This document shows positions 27,738-41,341 of a stretch of DNA of 64,000 nucleotides, in pieces; positions within the stretch are counted from its first letter, which is position 1, and the number at the start of each line of letters is the position of its first letter. The stretch lies in assembly GCF_009914755.1 (NCBI RefSeq), contig NC_060938.1; one strand, written 5' to 3'. The notes under the pieces were generated by a model. It was not told the origin of the DNA and did no database searches. It was given only the letters and a program-made list of their open reading frames with translations. The position numbers were made by a program, and so were the translations under genes. This stretch comes from the human T2T-CHM13v2.0 reference genome, Homo sapiens.

Positions 27738-28560
27738 TTTTATTAGTTTGTTTGTTTCTTCCTTTATTGGCTTTTTTTTCCTTTTTTTTTTTTTTTATTT
27801 TACTTTAAGTTCTGGGATACACGTACAGAGTGTGCAGGTTTGTTACATAGAAATACAAGTGTCATGGTAGTTTGCTGCACCTATCAACCCATCATCTAGG
27901 TTTTAAGGCCCGCATGCATTAGATATTTGTCCTAATGATCTCCCTCCCCTCGCCTCCCACCCCCCAACAATGTGTGTTGTTCCCCTCCCTGTGTCCATGT
28001 GTTCTCATTGTTCAACTCCCATTTATAAGTGAGGACAAGCGGTGTTTGGTTTTCTGTTCCTCTTTTAGTTTGCTGAGAATGATGGCTTCCAGCTTCATCC
28101 ATGTCCCTGCAAAGGGCATGAACTCATTCTTTTTTATGGCTGCATAGTATTCCATGGTATATATGTACCACATTTTCTTTATCCAGTCTATCACTGGGGG
28201 GCATTTGGGTTGGTTCCATGTCTTTGCTATTGTAAATAGTGTTGCAATAAACATATGTGTGCATGTATGTCTTTATAGCAGAATGATTTATATTCCTTTG
28301 GGCATATACCTCGTAATGGGATTGGTGGGTCAAATGGTATTTCTGGTTCTGAAATCAGATGGAGGAATCACCACACTGTCTTCCACAATGGTTGGACTAA
28401 TTTACAATCCCACCAATGGTGTAAAAGCATTCCTACTTCTCCACAGCCTCGCCAGCATCTATTGTTTCCTGACATAATCGCCATTCTTACTGGTGTGAGA
28501 TGGAATCTCATTGTGGTTTTGATTTGCATTTCTCTAATGATCAGTGATGGTGAGCTTTTT
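27738..28560 (-). mobile_element. L1PA (PA8-like) 3' fragment
   Basis: ORF2 tail peptides ([29 protein letters not shown]); TSD-like TTGA(G/T)TTTTAAAGGACTT at about 27721 and 28560. Confidence 0.93.
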
Positions 28561-29052
28561 TGATTTTTAAAGGACTTATTCCTGTTGGGCACTAATATTT
28601 GGTTTCTGTGTTAGAAATGTGTGTGTAACAGGATAAGGGAGATGTGCTTTCCTGATCCCACTGCCCAGGTACTGAGAATAGTATGCAACGGTTAGTTTTT
28701 CAACCCTTGCCCTGTGACAATGACTGCTTTTGAAATCATTTCTGCCCCTCCTCTGCTGGACCCTCAAAGGTGACCTCACTTGATCCTCAGAGCATCCCTG
28801 TGAGTAGGGCCAGGACTGGGGGAAAGCCAGTGAGGTGCCCGTGTGCAGGATTTCAGGAGGTGCTCACTCTCAGGTGCCAACCCTGCATTTGCCCGAGCCT
28901 CACAGTAGGTGCCTCTTTGAATTTTGCACCATAGTAGTCCCAAGGGAAGCCCCCTCATCGCTATTTTATGGAGCAAGAAGCTGAGCTTCAGACAAAGAAC
29001 TATCAAGTTTCCCAGGCAGGACCCAGGGTTCCCAAATCCCACGGTTGAGTAC

Positions 29053-30678
29053 CTGATGGCTGTCCATGGGGTCATTCTCTTTGGTCTCCCTTTGCTGGTG
29101 GTCCTCATGGGGGGCCAGTGGAGCGGGTTCTGAGGCTGGTGTGGTACCCACACCACCCCTGCTGAGATACAGCACCTGGTCGCTGGCACTGGGGAGGCTC
29201 TCTCCTGGCACCGAGGAACTGGAGCTGCTCTGAGAGCCATCGGCCTCCTCCTCCCTGGAGTCCAGGTCTGGCATATAGCCCTCTGGCTCTTCGAGATCCA
29301 TTTCTTCATTTTTTAGATCCTCCGGGTCTTCTACATAAGCCTCCAAAACTGCAGCCAGGGGAACCTCATAGTGTGGGAAATAGAAGAGGTCGTGGGGAAT
29401 GACGGAAACCTTTGAGAGGGGTGGGGAGGGCTTGAAATCCAGGCCTTCTTCGCTGTGACTCCCAAGGGTCTCCAAGCTGACACAGCTGCTTGGGGGGCTG
29501 GAAGATAATTCCTCGCCCACACCCTGGAGGTCATCGTCTTCTCCCTCTTCCTCATAATGAGGACGGGTGGACTTTCTCTTGGCCTTTTCATGCACCTCTG
29601 GCTTTTTATCCACTGGTGTCTCTTCTGGGGCTGAAGGACAGCCTTCAGCTTCTTCTCCGGAGTCCTGATGAGGTTCATGTTTGTCCATCTTAACTTGAGG
29701 CTCTGGCGAATCCTTCTTTTTGTGAGCAGATTTAATACTCCTTTTACCTAGTTTTTCAGCATGATTCTCAAAAGCCTCAGCATCCTCGTCAGGTTTTGTC
29801 TCATGAGGTGAAGGAACTTTGTTGAAAGCCTGGCTGGTAGAAGCAAAATCTATTAGGTCGCTGTTAAATTTTGAGGCTTTTAATGGGATGGCTTCAAAAT
29901 AGTCTCCCTCCTCTAAAGCTTCTACAGTCATCAGGTTAACCTTGATCTGGAAGGAATCGGCCATCACAGTATTTTCTCCTGGGGGTGAAAGAGAGTGACT
30001 TTCTTCATCGTGGCGGGCTGTACTCTCTAAAGCACCATTACAGGAAGAAGACTGAGAATTATTGTTTGTGCCCTCCACCAAAAAAATGTCACCAGCGACC
30101 TTGTCAGAGGAGGATTCTGGAATCTTCGAGGATTCCTGTTTCTGTTCCTTTTCCTCAGCAACCTCAACTGCCAAGACATGTCCATCCTGCCTCAATGATT
30201 CCTTTGCCACTCTTGGGCTCCCTTCAAAGCAAAGGGACAGGTTCTTACTGCAGAAAGGATCCTTGTAGGTGTCAGCCTCAAAGTGAACTGTTTTCTTGAT
30301 CGGCAAAGAGTTGGACCTCCCGTTCTCCTTTCTGGATGATAAAATGGAGGATTCTGGAGATGGCTCACTGATGTCGCTGGTCTTACCTGGGCCCCCTTGC
30401 AGGACCTGGTCAATAATCTGGTGCATGAACTCGGTGGAGCTGTCTGACAGCGCATGGCTGGAAACACCATCCAGGCGGAATTCCTTCATGCTCTCGGGCT
30501 TGTCACAGACAAAGACTTTGGAGGGTGGTGGGTGGCTGGTTTCATGGTTAACAGTGTAGGTACGCTCCCCATTTTCAGTCAGAACGAAGACTTTGCTCTC
30601 CTGTTCAGAAGGAGTTTCTTTGATGCGAACAAAAGTGGATTCGATAGGAACTTCTTTATCTGAATCGAAAATATCTTC
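29053..30678 (-). CDS. CLMN: Calmin exon 9 (1626 nt; acidic, serine-rich central region EDIFDSDKEV...PMDSHQ)
   Basis: Long T/GT tract then gcag|GAA acceptor; CAG|gtactc donor; core of the 625-aa ORF 28966..30843; phase 0-0. Confidence 0.95.
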
Positions 30679-30859
30679 CTGCAAAAAAAAACAAAAACAA
30701 ACAAACAAAAAAAAACAAAAGAACAACAACAAAAAAAAGCACAGAGCAACATGAGTAAGAAGAATATTTAAGTACAACCCATATCCACCTTTCCCAAAAC
30801 ACAAACAAACAAAAATGGAAAAAGCCACTTCAAACCAATGCAAAGTGTTCTAAGATGTA

Positions 30860-32740
30860 AATGGTTAGAGAAGACTCTTGTTCCTGCTGAAATATGAAAA
30901 CATCAGATAAATAAAAATATAAAATACCATGTTTTTTAAAAAGCTATGGATTAACGAATCTCAATGAAACCAAGCTCTAAAGAAGGACAATCCCTTCTAA
31001 AGTGAGCAGAGATTGTCAGCCCCTTCATGCTTGAGGACCATGTTGCCTAGTCTGGGTATGGACTTGGAGAAGAGCTAATCCACCTGAGATAAGGAAAGAT
31101 CAGCCAAATCTTTATTGATTGTGTGGGCTGGTATGAGAGAGTGAATCTGGAAGCCCTCCAAACACAAAAGCAATTTTCTTCATATACTAATTAGCCCACA
31201 CAGGGAATTTTGCTGTGTAAGAGCCAGCTGGGGGCAGGGCTGAAAAGCAGAAAATGACTCTGTGGTACTGCAGTGCTTGACTCCCAATGCACCGATAGTG
31301 TGAATTGACTTCAGCCTCAAATCATTTAAAACCAGAGAGAAGAAATTAAATAAAACTGCAACATAGCTCCTATTGACGCTGATATGATCAAAACGACAGC
31401 TCCTCATCTTACACACTTGTTTGGGAAAGGGCTGTATTTCCTGAGGGAAAAAAATGACATCTGCTTCAACCTCTATTGTTCTTTTATATACCAAGTTTGA
31501 CATAAAATAATTACAAGACATGAAGAGGCAGGAAAACGAAATCCACAATCAAGAGAAGAAATAATCACTAGATATAGACCCATATAGGACCCGGAGTTAG
31601 AATTCACAAGCAAAGGCTCTAGAATAACTAATCTGTGCTACAAGCAATACAAAAGAAATAGTTCTTCAGGCTCAAAGAACACAATCTCAGATATAAAGCC
31701 TAAAGGAGGGAATGAACAGTACTGGAAATGGTAAATATATGGTCAATAGAAAAGACTACTTCAAAGTTTTCTTAAAAAGCCTACTAGCTATTTAAAGCAA
31801 AAATAACAAGGTATTGAGGATTAAAACATATGCAGAAGTAAAGTAAATGACAATATAGTAGCAAAAGTAATGGAGATGAAGTAAAATTATATATGTGATA
31901 TATATAAAATATATACAAATATGTAAAATATGCATTGTACTTGAAGTAGTATATTAATTTAAGGTAAGCTGATGTATGTTAAAGATGAGTATTATAATCA
32001 CTAGAACAGCTACTAAAAAGATAAAACAAGGTGATGTGGTTAAAAAACCAATAAAGGGGATAAATGCACACAAAAGAAATCCTTGAATAATCCCCAAAAA
32101 GTTAAGAAGGAAGGACAATGGAGCATAGAACATATCAGACCAATGGAAAACAATAACCAAGATGGTAGATGAAACCCGTATAAACGTATGAAAAATGTAC
32201 TGATTAAATGACAGAGTTTGTCAGAATAAATACAAGACCCAACTGTATACTGTTTACAAGAGACATACTTTAAATATAAGTGTACATACACTGAAAGGAA
32301 AAAAATGGAAAAAGTTATGACACAAGCACTAATCATAAGAAAGCTGCTATGGCTATGTTCATATCAGACAAAGCACACTTCAAGATGGGGGAAATTTTAT
32401 AAAAATAAAGCAATCAAGTCATCAGGAAAATATAATAAATTGTGTCTGTGCACTTAACAGCATAGCATCAACATATATTAAACAAAAACTGGCAGAACTA
32501 AGAGGAGAAATAAATTCACAATCACAGTTGGAGATTTTTTTTTCAACATTTCTCTCCTGCATTAATGGATCAGGAAAGCAGGAAAAATCAGTATAAATAT
32601 AGAATACTAGAATAGCATATTAACATATTAACAGCATATTAAAGAATACCAGTATTCTTTAACTGTATAAGACCCGTTCTTTTCAAATGCATATGGCACA
32701 TTTACCAAAAGAAACCATGTGCTGGGCCACAAAGCTAGCA
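30860..32740 (+). mobile_element. Ancient L1M fragments (ORF1/ORF2 5' region)
   Basis: Decayed endonuclease-region sequence (acccaactgtatactgtttacaagagacatactt, cagttggagatttt). Confidence 0.65.
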
Positions 32741-33299
32741 ACAATGTGTGGTACATGGTCAGGGCCCAACAAATGTTTACTGAAATGAAATAACTCAGCA
32801 GAATTGTTAAGAACAGTTCACTGCGTGTCTGGATAAGCTGTAAATTCTCATCTGTATTCCCTTGTAGATGTAAATAGACTGTTCTGCAGTGATGCAGCAT
32901 GTTCTGTGAACCAGAATGACTTTCTCCAGGTATTATTTCTGGCTCAATCTTTTCCCATCTGCAGTTTCTGACCTCAGCATTGGGGAGATCTGTGTCAGAT
33001 TTGCTCAATTTTAGCTGTGGCTTTGACTCACACAAATACCGTATGTTTTAGTTGATTTCAAACTCTGCCTACAGATTAAGAGCTCAGGGCTAATGAAAGC
33101 CCCAATGCCTAGTATTTCAAAATACAGTAACAGGCCAGGAAAATTGAATTGCAAAATAATAATCACTACTTTTTTTTTTTTGCTTAAAACAACAAAAATT
33201 TGTTATGTTACACTTCTGGACATCAGAAATCCAAAACAGGCCTCAATGGACTAAAATCAAGATATTGGCAGGGCTGGATCCCTTTCTTTTGATTCTGTT

Positions 33300-33720
33300 T
33301 AAATTTTTAATTGACAAATAATAATTGTATATATTTATGGAGTATAATGTGATATCTTAAAACGTGTATACATTGTAAAATGATCAAATCTGAGAAATCA
33401 ATATATTCGTCACCTCAAATATTTATCATTTCTTTGTAATGAAAACAGTTAAAATCTTCTCTTTTAGACATTTTGAAATACACAGTATATTATTCTTTCT
33501 TTCTTTTTTGTAGAAAAGAAAATGGGGTCTCGCTTTGTTGCCCAGGCTGGTCTTTAACTCCTGGGCTCAAGCAATCCTCCTGCTTCAGCCTCCCAAAGTG
33601 TTGGGATTATAAATGTGAGCCACTGGTTACATTATTATTAACTATAGCCATCTTGCTCTGCAATACAATACCAGAACTGATTCCTCCTATGTAACTGTAA
33701 CTTTATACCCATTGACCAAG
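33300..33720 (-). mobile_element. L1MA 3' end with an embedded Alu monomer (about 33500-33625)
   Basis: ttgtatatatttatgg...ttcctcctat L1MA end; FLAM-like arm inside. Confidence 0.75.
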
Positions 33721-34892
33721 TCACCATTATTCACTAAACATCCACTGTTGTTCCAGGCACAGTACTAGGTACTTCACATAACTGTTTATCCTTCACATAG
33801 CCCTGAAATGTGGGTCAGATTTCCATTTTACAGGTGACACACATTCAATAGATACACATTCAATATAGATGTGTATCAGAGAGGTCAAGTCACCAGCCTG
33901 AGGTCACACAGCTCCAAGTGGAGAACTGGCATTCCAGCCCAGGAATTCCTGCTTCCACAGCGCCCTGTAAGGGGTCCGTATGTGGTGCAGGGACAGGCAG
34001 GAAACACACACACAGGTGGGGGCCAGGATGAAAGTCACGGCATGGAGGATCCTGGGAAGTTCTTCTGTACAAAACAGAGCCCCAGTTTCAGCTGCATGTT
34101 GTAAGGGAAACAAGAGCCTGAACTTTGGAAACACAGAGGGTCCAAACCCCAGCTCTGTGCTTCATAGCTGAGTGACTATGGAGAGGTCTTTAAGCCTCTT
34201 TGAGATCCTTATTTTCGTTTATAAAAGAGGATTATGATACTGAGCCATGCTGGATTGCAGGAATGGCAGGCAGCCCAGAGACACAGGGGCAAGGCAGCCA
34301 GCTAGAAAAGCAGCTCCCCTCTCCTGCAAGCATCCTTTAACTCTTTATGCTTTCCTTTTTTTCTGTCTGGTACTTATAACTACCCCAAGTTACGTTTTTG
34401 CTCACTTATAACTGTTTCCGTTACTAGAACAACGCTCCACAAGGCCAGGGACCTCAGCCATCTAGTTTATTTCTGAGTCCCCTAAGCCAGGGGCAAGGGT
34501 TCAGTCAATTACTAACGGATTCAAGAAAAGGCTGTCATTGCTGTCATTATTATCAGCTCGGGGTTGTGCATGGGTTGGGTGGGAGTTCAACGGGGCCAGG
34601 ACAACTTCTAAAAGGTCTGATTCTGTGCCCAAAAAAACTCTCACCAAGTATAATCTGGAATTCTGAAAATAAAAAGGCAAACTTTTCAATGATCATTGTC
34701 TTTTATGATTTGTAACATTGATAAAAATCTGGTAGATGCTAACATATTCCATCTGACATGTAAAAAATCAAGAAGCAGATCCGTTTTATAAGAAAGCGTC
34801 TTTCATAATCTTAATAAAGTTTGTCATGGGAAGAGGTCTGTGACAGGCGTCAGTTTCCATCCTGCTTTGAAACTTAATGCACGTTACATGTA

Positions 34893-35440
34893 AATAGTTC
34901 CCCCCTTATTTGCGGTTTTTCTTTCTGAGGTTTCAGTCACCCATGGTCAACTGTGGTCTGAAAAGATTAAATGGAAAATTCCAGAAATAAACAATTCCTA
35001 AGTTTCAAATGGAGTGCTGTTCTGAGTAGTGGGATGAAATCTCTCACCATCCTGCTCTGTCCTGCCTGGGACGTGACTCGTTCCTTTGTCTAGCACATCC
35101 ATGCCATCTCTGCCACCCATCTGTCACTCACTCAGTAGCTGTCTGGATGATCAGAGATCAGCCACCACGATATCAAAGTGCTTGTGTTCACATAGCCCTT
35201 ATTTTACTTAAGAATGGCCCCAAACTGCAAAAGTAATGATGTCGGCCCATGGTTATAATTGTTCTATGTAACTATTAGTTGTTGTTAATCTCTTTCTGTG
35301 CCTAATTTATTAATTAAACTTTATCATAGATACATATGTATAGGAAAAAAGTGGTATATATAGGGTTCGGTACTATCCGAAGTTTCAAGCATCGACTGGG
35401 GGTCTTGAACTGTATCCCCCGCATATGAGGGGGACAACTA
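34893..35440. mobile_element. MER44-like (Tigger7-derived) DNA transposon
   Basis: Terminal inverted repeats tagttccccccttatt / atgagggggacaacta; internal aaatggaaaattccagaaataaacaattc. Confidence 0.8.
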
Positions 35441-35609
35441 TCATTCTGAAATTAAAACATGGTAAGGCCGTGCTCAAGGGACTTGGGAGCAACTGGCGAT
35501 TTTGACTGCTAGTTACACAGAGCAACGCTGCCCACGTCCCTGCTTCGTCTGATGGCCAGCGGATGGAAATGTATGGTGTCGGAATTAAAGGTAAGAAAAG
35601 CAAACATAC

Positions 35610-35692
35610 GGCTTCCAACTCCGGAAAACGTTCTAGAAACTGTGCCACGTAAGTCATGATAGACTGCTCGTCTGGTGTGTCAACCATGATGT
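35610..35692 (-). CDS. CLMN: Calmin exon 8 (83 nt; DIMVDTPDEQSIMTYVAQFLERFPELEA)
   Basis: gacag|AC acceptor, GCC|gtatgt donor; CH2 end motif PDEQSIMTYV. Confidence 0.96.
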
Positions 35693-36172
35693 CTGTCGAG
35701 AGAGACACAGGAATTAGCAGGAGATACAAACACACACGCTTTCAATAGTATTCCCGGATGCCTGATGGTGAAGAATCCCACAGATTATTGAAGGTTTTTT
35801 CTCTTTATTTTCCACTTGAGGAACTTTAGGCTCAAAGGTGGTGAATCATTTAACTGAAATCTCACAGCTGGCTGATGAACAGAGAAGCAAGGATATAGAA
35901 TTTAGGGCTTCTTATTCCCAAAATTCTGTCCCTTCTTCCTTGCTGTTTTAGTCCCTTCCACAGTAAGCAGCCAGCTCGCTGCTGGCTCCATGGGCAAGGA
36001 CGGTGAACCAGGCAGCCTACATATGGTATACGGAGTCCTACGTTAGCCTAACCCACGTGGAAGGCAACTTCACAGAGATAGCCAAACCCTTTAAACAGGT
36101 ATGGGCTCTCCCCCTCTGTCATTCTGCTAATGAAACCTGGTCCTTAAGGAAATAATCTGGGATGCACGTTGA

Positions 36173-36579
<407 letters not shown>

Positions 36580-36900
36580 TAGTATGCCCACTAGATGAAT
36601 TATTATGCAGCCAATAAAAATATATAATACATTATAGAAGTATGTAAAATACTTATGATATAATGTTAAATAAAAAGTACAAAATTATATATATACAGTA
36701 AATGATAACAATTATGTAAAAATATAATTAGAGGCATATAAAATATCGGAAAAATATCCATATGATCTGAGTGGTAGAAATATAGGAGAAAAAATCTTCT
36801 TCATTAGATTTTTCTGTATTTTCCAGATTTTCCACATGGGACAGCAAGTGGTACATTTGTAAAAAAAAATTATTAGAAAGAAAGAGAGAACCACTGCTAC

Positions 36901-37094
36901 CTTCTGGCTCCAGGAGCCTGGGGATGTGCAGGGCATCCTGTGCGATGCTGAAAGCCTTCTCTAGATTTTCTCGTGTGGAATTTTCCAGGGCCTGTTTCAT
37001 GTCCACCAGGCTGGGGTCAATGGCCTTGATCACCGCCAGGAAAGCCAGCCCACTCCTCCAACTGCCCGCAAAGTCCTGCACCGCCACGCCATAC
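36901..37094 (-). CDS. CLMN: Calmin exon 7 (194 nt; YGVAVQDFAGSWRSGLAFLAVI...IPRLLEPE)
   Basis: ttcag|GTAT acceptor, AAG|gtagca donor; CH2 motifs DF.SW..GLAF and NLE.AF..A. Confidence 0.96.
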
Positions 37095-38818
37095 CTGAAG
37101 GAAAAACAGCAGCGGCGGCCAGGATGCTGGTTAGTAAACAGACTCAAAGGTGCAAGGTCAGCATGCAGCAGCCGCGTGAGTTTTTGAGTGGGGCAGAGCT
37201 GCCGACCTCGCCAGGTGAAGACGCCTTCATCCCTGAGCATGGGAGAGCTGCCCTGAACCACTCACATTTCCATTTCCAGCCAAATGGAATAGGAGGGTAT
37301 ACACTGAACAAAGAGGCAAAATAGGACCCTGGGTTCCCCAATTCCCAGACACATAAAGGACCAACTGTATAGACCATTCCTTGTATCAGTGACATTGAAA
37401 ACATAACATGGAATGTGCTGTGCCATAAAAATGGAACCAGAAAGACACAAGTTTGTACCTCAGCTGTCCCCTCTATGCTTCTAGTGCCATGGCCTTGGGC
37501 AAGTCACCTACCTCTCTGAGCCTCAAACTCCACACAGTGAACTTGCTGGGGCTTTTGTGGGGAAAGTCGAGCCTGGCCCCAGAAGAACGGCCAAGTCATA
37601 GGGTCAACCTAATATACAACGTTGGGAGCCCAAGAAAGCCACTCACTAATGACAGCTACTATTATCAGTAATAGAAATAAAAGCACCATTGTAAAAGTGA
37701 GGGGCAGAGAGCTTTCACTCTATTTTGTAGAATGGAGGCTACCTCAACTTTTTAAAAGTAAAAGTGAAGGACAAAAGAGGAGAGAATCTTGCCAGGCACT
37801 AATTTCCTGTAGAATCTATCCTGAGACTCCACCAATCTCTCAACCGTGGTCAATAAACGCTCTTAAAAAAAAAAAAAAAAACCAAAAACAACCAAGTACC
37901 TTTTTATTTGGAAATCATTTAAGACCCAAAAGAAGTTGAAACACAGTACAGAGAGTCTCTACTCTTTCCCCAGCTTCCTCCAGTGACAGCATCTTATGCT
38001 ACCAGGGTGCGTTATCCAAACCAGAACACCAATACTGGTCCAAGACAATTATTAATCAAGCTATAGACTGCATTTGAATTTCACATTTTCACAGGTGTTA
38101 CTTTTCATGGCGGTGGTGTACAGATTAATGTAACCACCACAATAGAGAAACAGAACTGTCCTATCACCCCAAGACACTTCCTCTCCCATACATCACACCC
38201 CCCTTCTACCCTAACCCCTGACAATGAACTTTTTTTTGGTTGATATTTATGTAAACAACATTTAATGGTGGTTCACATTTGTCAATTTCAATCTACCACG
38301 CTTGATCTCTCAATCAAAACTCTGAAGATCCAACCTCTCTTCCCTCTTTTATTTCCACACACAGGGGATAAAGGAATCAATATTTGTGAAGTGCTTAATA
38401 TGGGCTGGCACTGTGCAAGGTGCTCTTTCATGGATTTTATTTAATTTCACCTAATTGTCCTGGAAGGCAGTGTGTGATAGGATACTATTTGCAGTTGGGG
38501 CTTGGAAAGGTAAATGATTCACCAGGATCTCAACCAGTCTGTACGCTGAGGAGCTGGGGCGGCCCCGAGTTGGTTTGGTTTCCACCACACTGGTCTGGCA
38601 TTTGTGCCCATGGTCCAGGGGCTGTGGGCCTGCTGCTGGTAAAAAGGCCTGATACAAAACTGCTAAAATCACTCTGCTGCCGGTGTGGGGTGAAACAGGG
38701 CCGGAACTTGGCTCCAGTTCCCGTCTCGATTTTGGAAGGTCCGACCTAACTTTGAGTATGTTACAGCCTTTATTATTACTATTTTTAAAGTAGGTACAGA
38801 CTCTGGAAGATACCCTGA

Positions 38819-39300
<482 letters not shown>

Positions 39301-39433
39301 CCCTGTTCTGATATTCTATATGAAGCAATGGGCACATACATAACTGGCACCTTAATAAATACTAATTCTCCTTTCCTCTGCCTGAAAGCAGCTAGTTAAA
39401 TGAAGTAGTGTGGGGAGAGGGGCTGCGGCTTAC

Positions 39434-39624
39434 TTTCTCGTTTTCCTCTGCACCCACGCCAACAGGGCCTTGATAGCCTTCCTCTGGTCTTTCACCGATA
39501 TTGCCACGCTCCTCTCTGCAGTGGGTGTGGGTGGGAAGGATGAGTCTGAGTCTGTGCCCCCTGAGCCAGGGGACAAGCTGGAAGATGGAGAGTTTCTGCT
39601 GAGGTTGCCTGTGAGCTCCTTAAT
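39434..39624 (-). CDS. CLMN: Calmin exon 6 (191 nt; IKELTGNLS...ALLAWVQRKTRK)
   Basis: ttccag|ATT acceptor, GAA|gtaagc donor; matches ORF 39430..39666; start of CH2. Confidence 0.95.
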
Positions 39625-40560
39625 CTGGAAGGAAAATGGCATTTCAGACCCCAGCAACAGACCCACCCTCTCAGCAAGCCCCTTGTCTGGCGGGTGGCCA
39701 TATGGACCATGGCTGGAGGGACCGGCTCAGGCAGGATTGCTTCTCTGAATGCAGAGAAACCCTTTCTGATGGCTGTGGCAGGGGACAGGCAGTACTTGTG
39801 ATGGCCTGTCCGTTTCTTGTGGCTTGTGGTACACGTAATTACACTCTATAGGGAGGACCGTCTTTTCCTGGAGTCTCTCCAGCTCCAGCCAGCACTTCAC
39901 ACCAGGTCTTCCTGACCCAACTCTGCCGCCCCTTTCCTCTCACCGCCCATCACTCCCAGACTTCACTGAGCTCTTTCAAGCCCCATTGCTTCTGCTCATC
40001 CTGCCCTTGCTGCCTCGATGTCCCTTCCCTCCATCAGTGAACTCCTCTCATGAGGACTTCTGTAAGATATGCAGAACCCTAGGCTCTACCCCAGAGCTAC
40101 TGGAATCAGAATCTGTTTCAATACCACCCTCAGGCAATTCACACACACAGTAGGTTACGTCTAACTTAGTTTGAAAGATGAGTAGGAGGTCTAGCGCACT
40201 CCTACTCATCCTTCAAAACCCAGCTCTGGTGTCACTTCTTCCAGGAAGTTTTCCTTACTGCACTCCCCCATCTGAGCTAGCTGCCCCTGCTTGGAGCTCT
40301 TGCATCACCTTCTACCATATAGGATTGACTTGTCTGTGATCCTAAAGGGTCATGAGGGCAGGGCCTTTTACTTTCAGCACCTGGCATCTTGGAGAAACTC
40401 AATAGACATTTGTTAAATAAATAAATGAAGCCCTACGGTGGTGGATTTAAGGTCTTGACTTTTACCACATCTTCGGGATGTTTCCAGAATCTCTGAGGAA
40501 GTTTAATAACAGGTAGCAGTAATTGAAGCATATGTATAACACATGGTGGCTGCTGCTGCT

Positions 40561-40867
40561 TTTTTTTTTTTTTTTTTTTTTTGAGACAGGATCTCATTCT
40601 GTTGCCCAGGCTGGAGTGCAGTGGCATGATCATGTCTCACTATAGCCTTGAACTCTCAGGTTCAAGTAATCCTCCAAACTCAGCCTTCCAAGTTGCTGGG
40701 ATTACAGGCACACACCACCATGCCTGGCTAATTTTGTTTGTTTTTTGTAGAGATGGGGTCTTGCTCTGTTTCCAGGGCTGATGTTGGAACTCCTGGGCTC
40801 AAGCGACCCTGCCGCCATGGCCTCCCAAAGTTCTGGGATTATATGCGTGAGCCACTGTGCCCAGCCC
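40561..40867 (-). mobile_element. AluJ
   Basis: Diverged full dimer. Confidence 0.93.
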
Positions 40868-41223
40868 ACATGGCTTCTTTTGATGCTCACCACCTATTAT
40901 GACCACTGCTCCCATTTCACAGACATGGAAACTGAGGCTCTGAGAGAGACAGTATTTTTTTTTTTTTTAAGTTCATGGTTCACTCAGAACAGGAACTATT
41001 GTCTCCAGACCTTGTTTGTGCTCATGCTTCTCTGAAATGCAGGCATTGCGCCAAAATCCAAGCAAATCATGCCCGTGTGGATCACTTTCACTCTTGGGAG
41101 GGTAATCGAACAGTGAACCACAAGTTTCTATTCCAAAAGCGGGTGGGCTCTAGAAAATGAGATACCAGCTCTCTCCTTCTGACAGGGAAATGAACTTGAG
41201 CACAATTTAAAATGTCATCTTCT

Positions 41224-41341
41224 GATGGGTTGATGGGTGCGGCAAACCACCATGGCACGTGTATACCTATGTAACAAACCTGCACATTCTGCACATGTGC
41301 CCCAGAACTTAAAGTATAACAATAAAAAATAAAATAAAAAT
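41224..41341 (+). mobile_element. Very short (~120 bp) L1PA 3' end
   Basis: L1 3' UTR plus (TAAAA)n tail; perfect TSD AAAATGTCATCTTCT (41209-41223, 41342-41356). Confidence 0.95.

Larger units (their letters stand above)
27405..28712 (-). mobile_element. Old L1 3' end (L1PA13-16-like) split into pieces (27405-27493, 27655-27703, 28653-28712) by templated inserts and a younger L1
   Basis: tttcaacttttattttag...gatgctgaagcttgggg and cccaggtactgagaatagta...ttttcaacccttgccc match the older L1PA 3' end. Confidence 0.8.

Noticed and set aside
28966-30843. 625-aa ORF as a standalone gene with a hydrophobic N-terminus
   Set aside because: It is CLMN exon 9. The apparent hydrophobic leader (FFLLLFFCFFLFVCFCFF) is the translated polypyrimidine tract and the tail is intron read-through.
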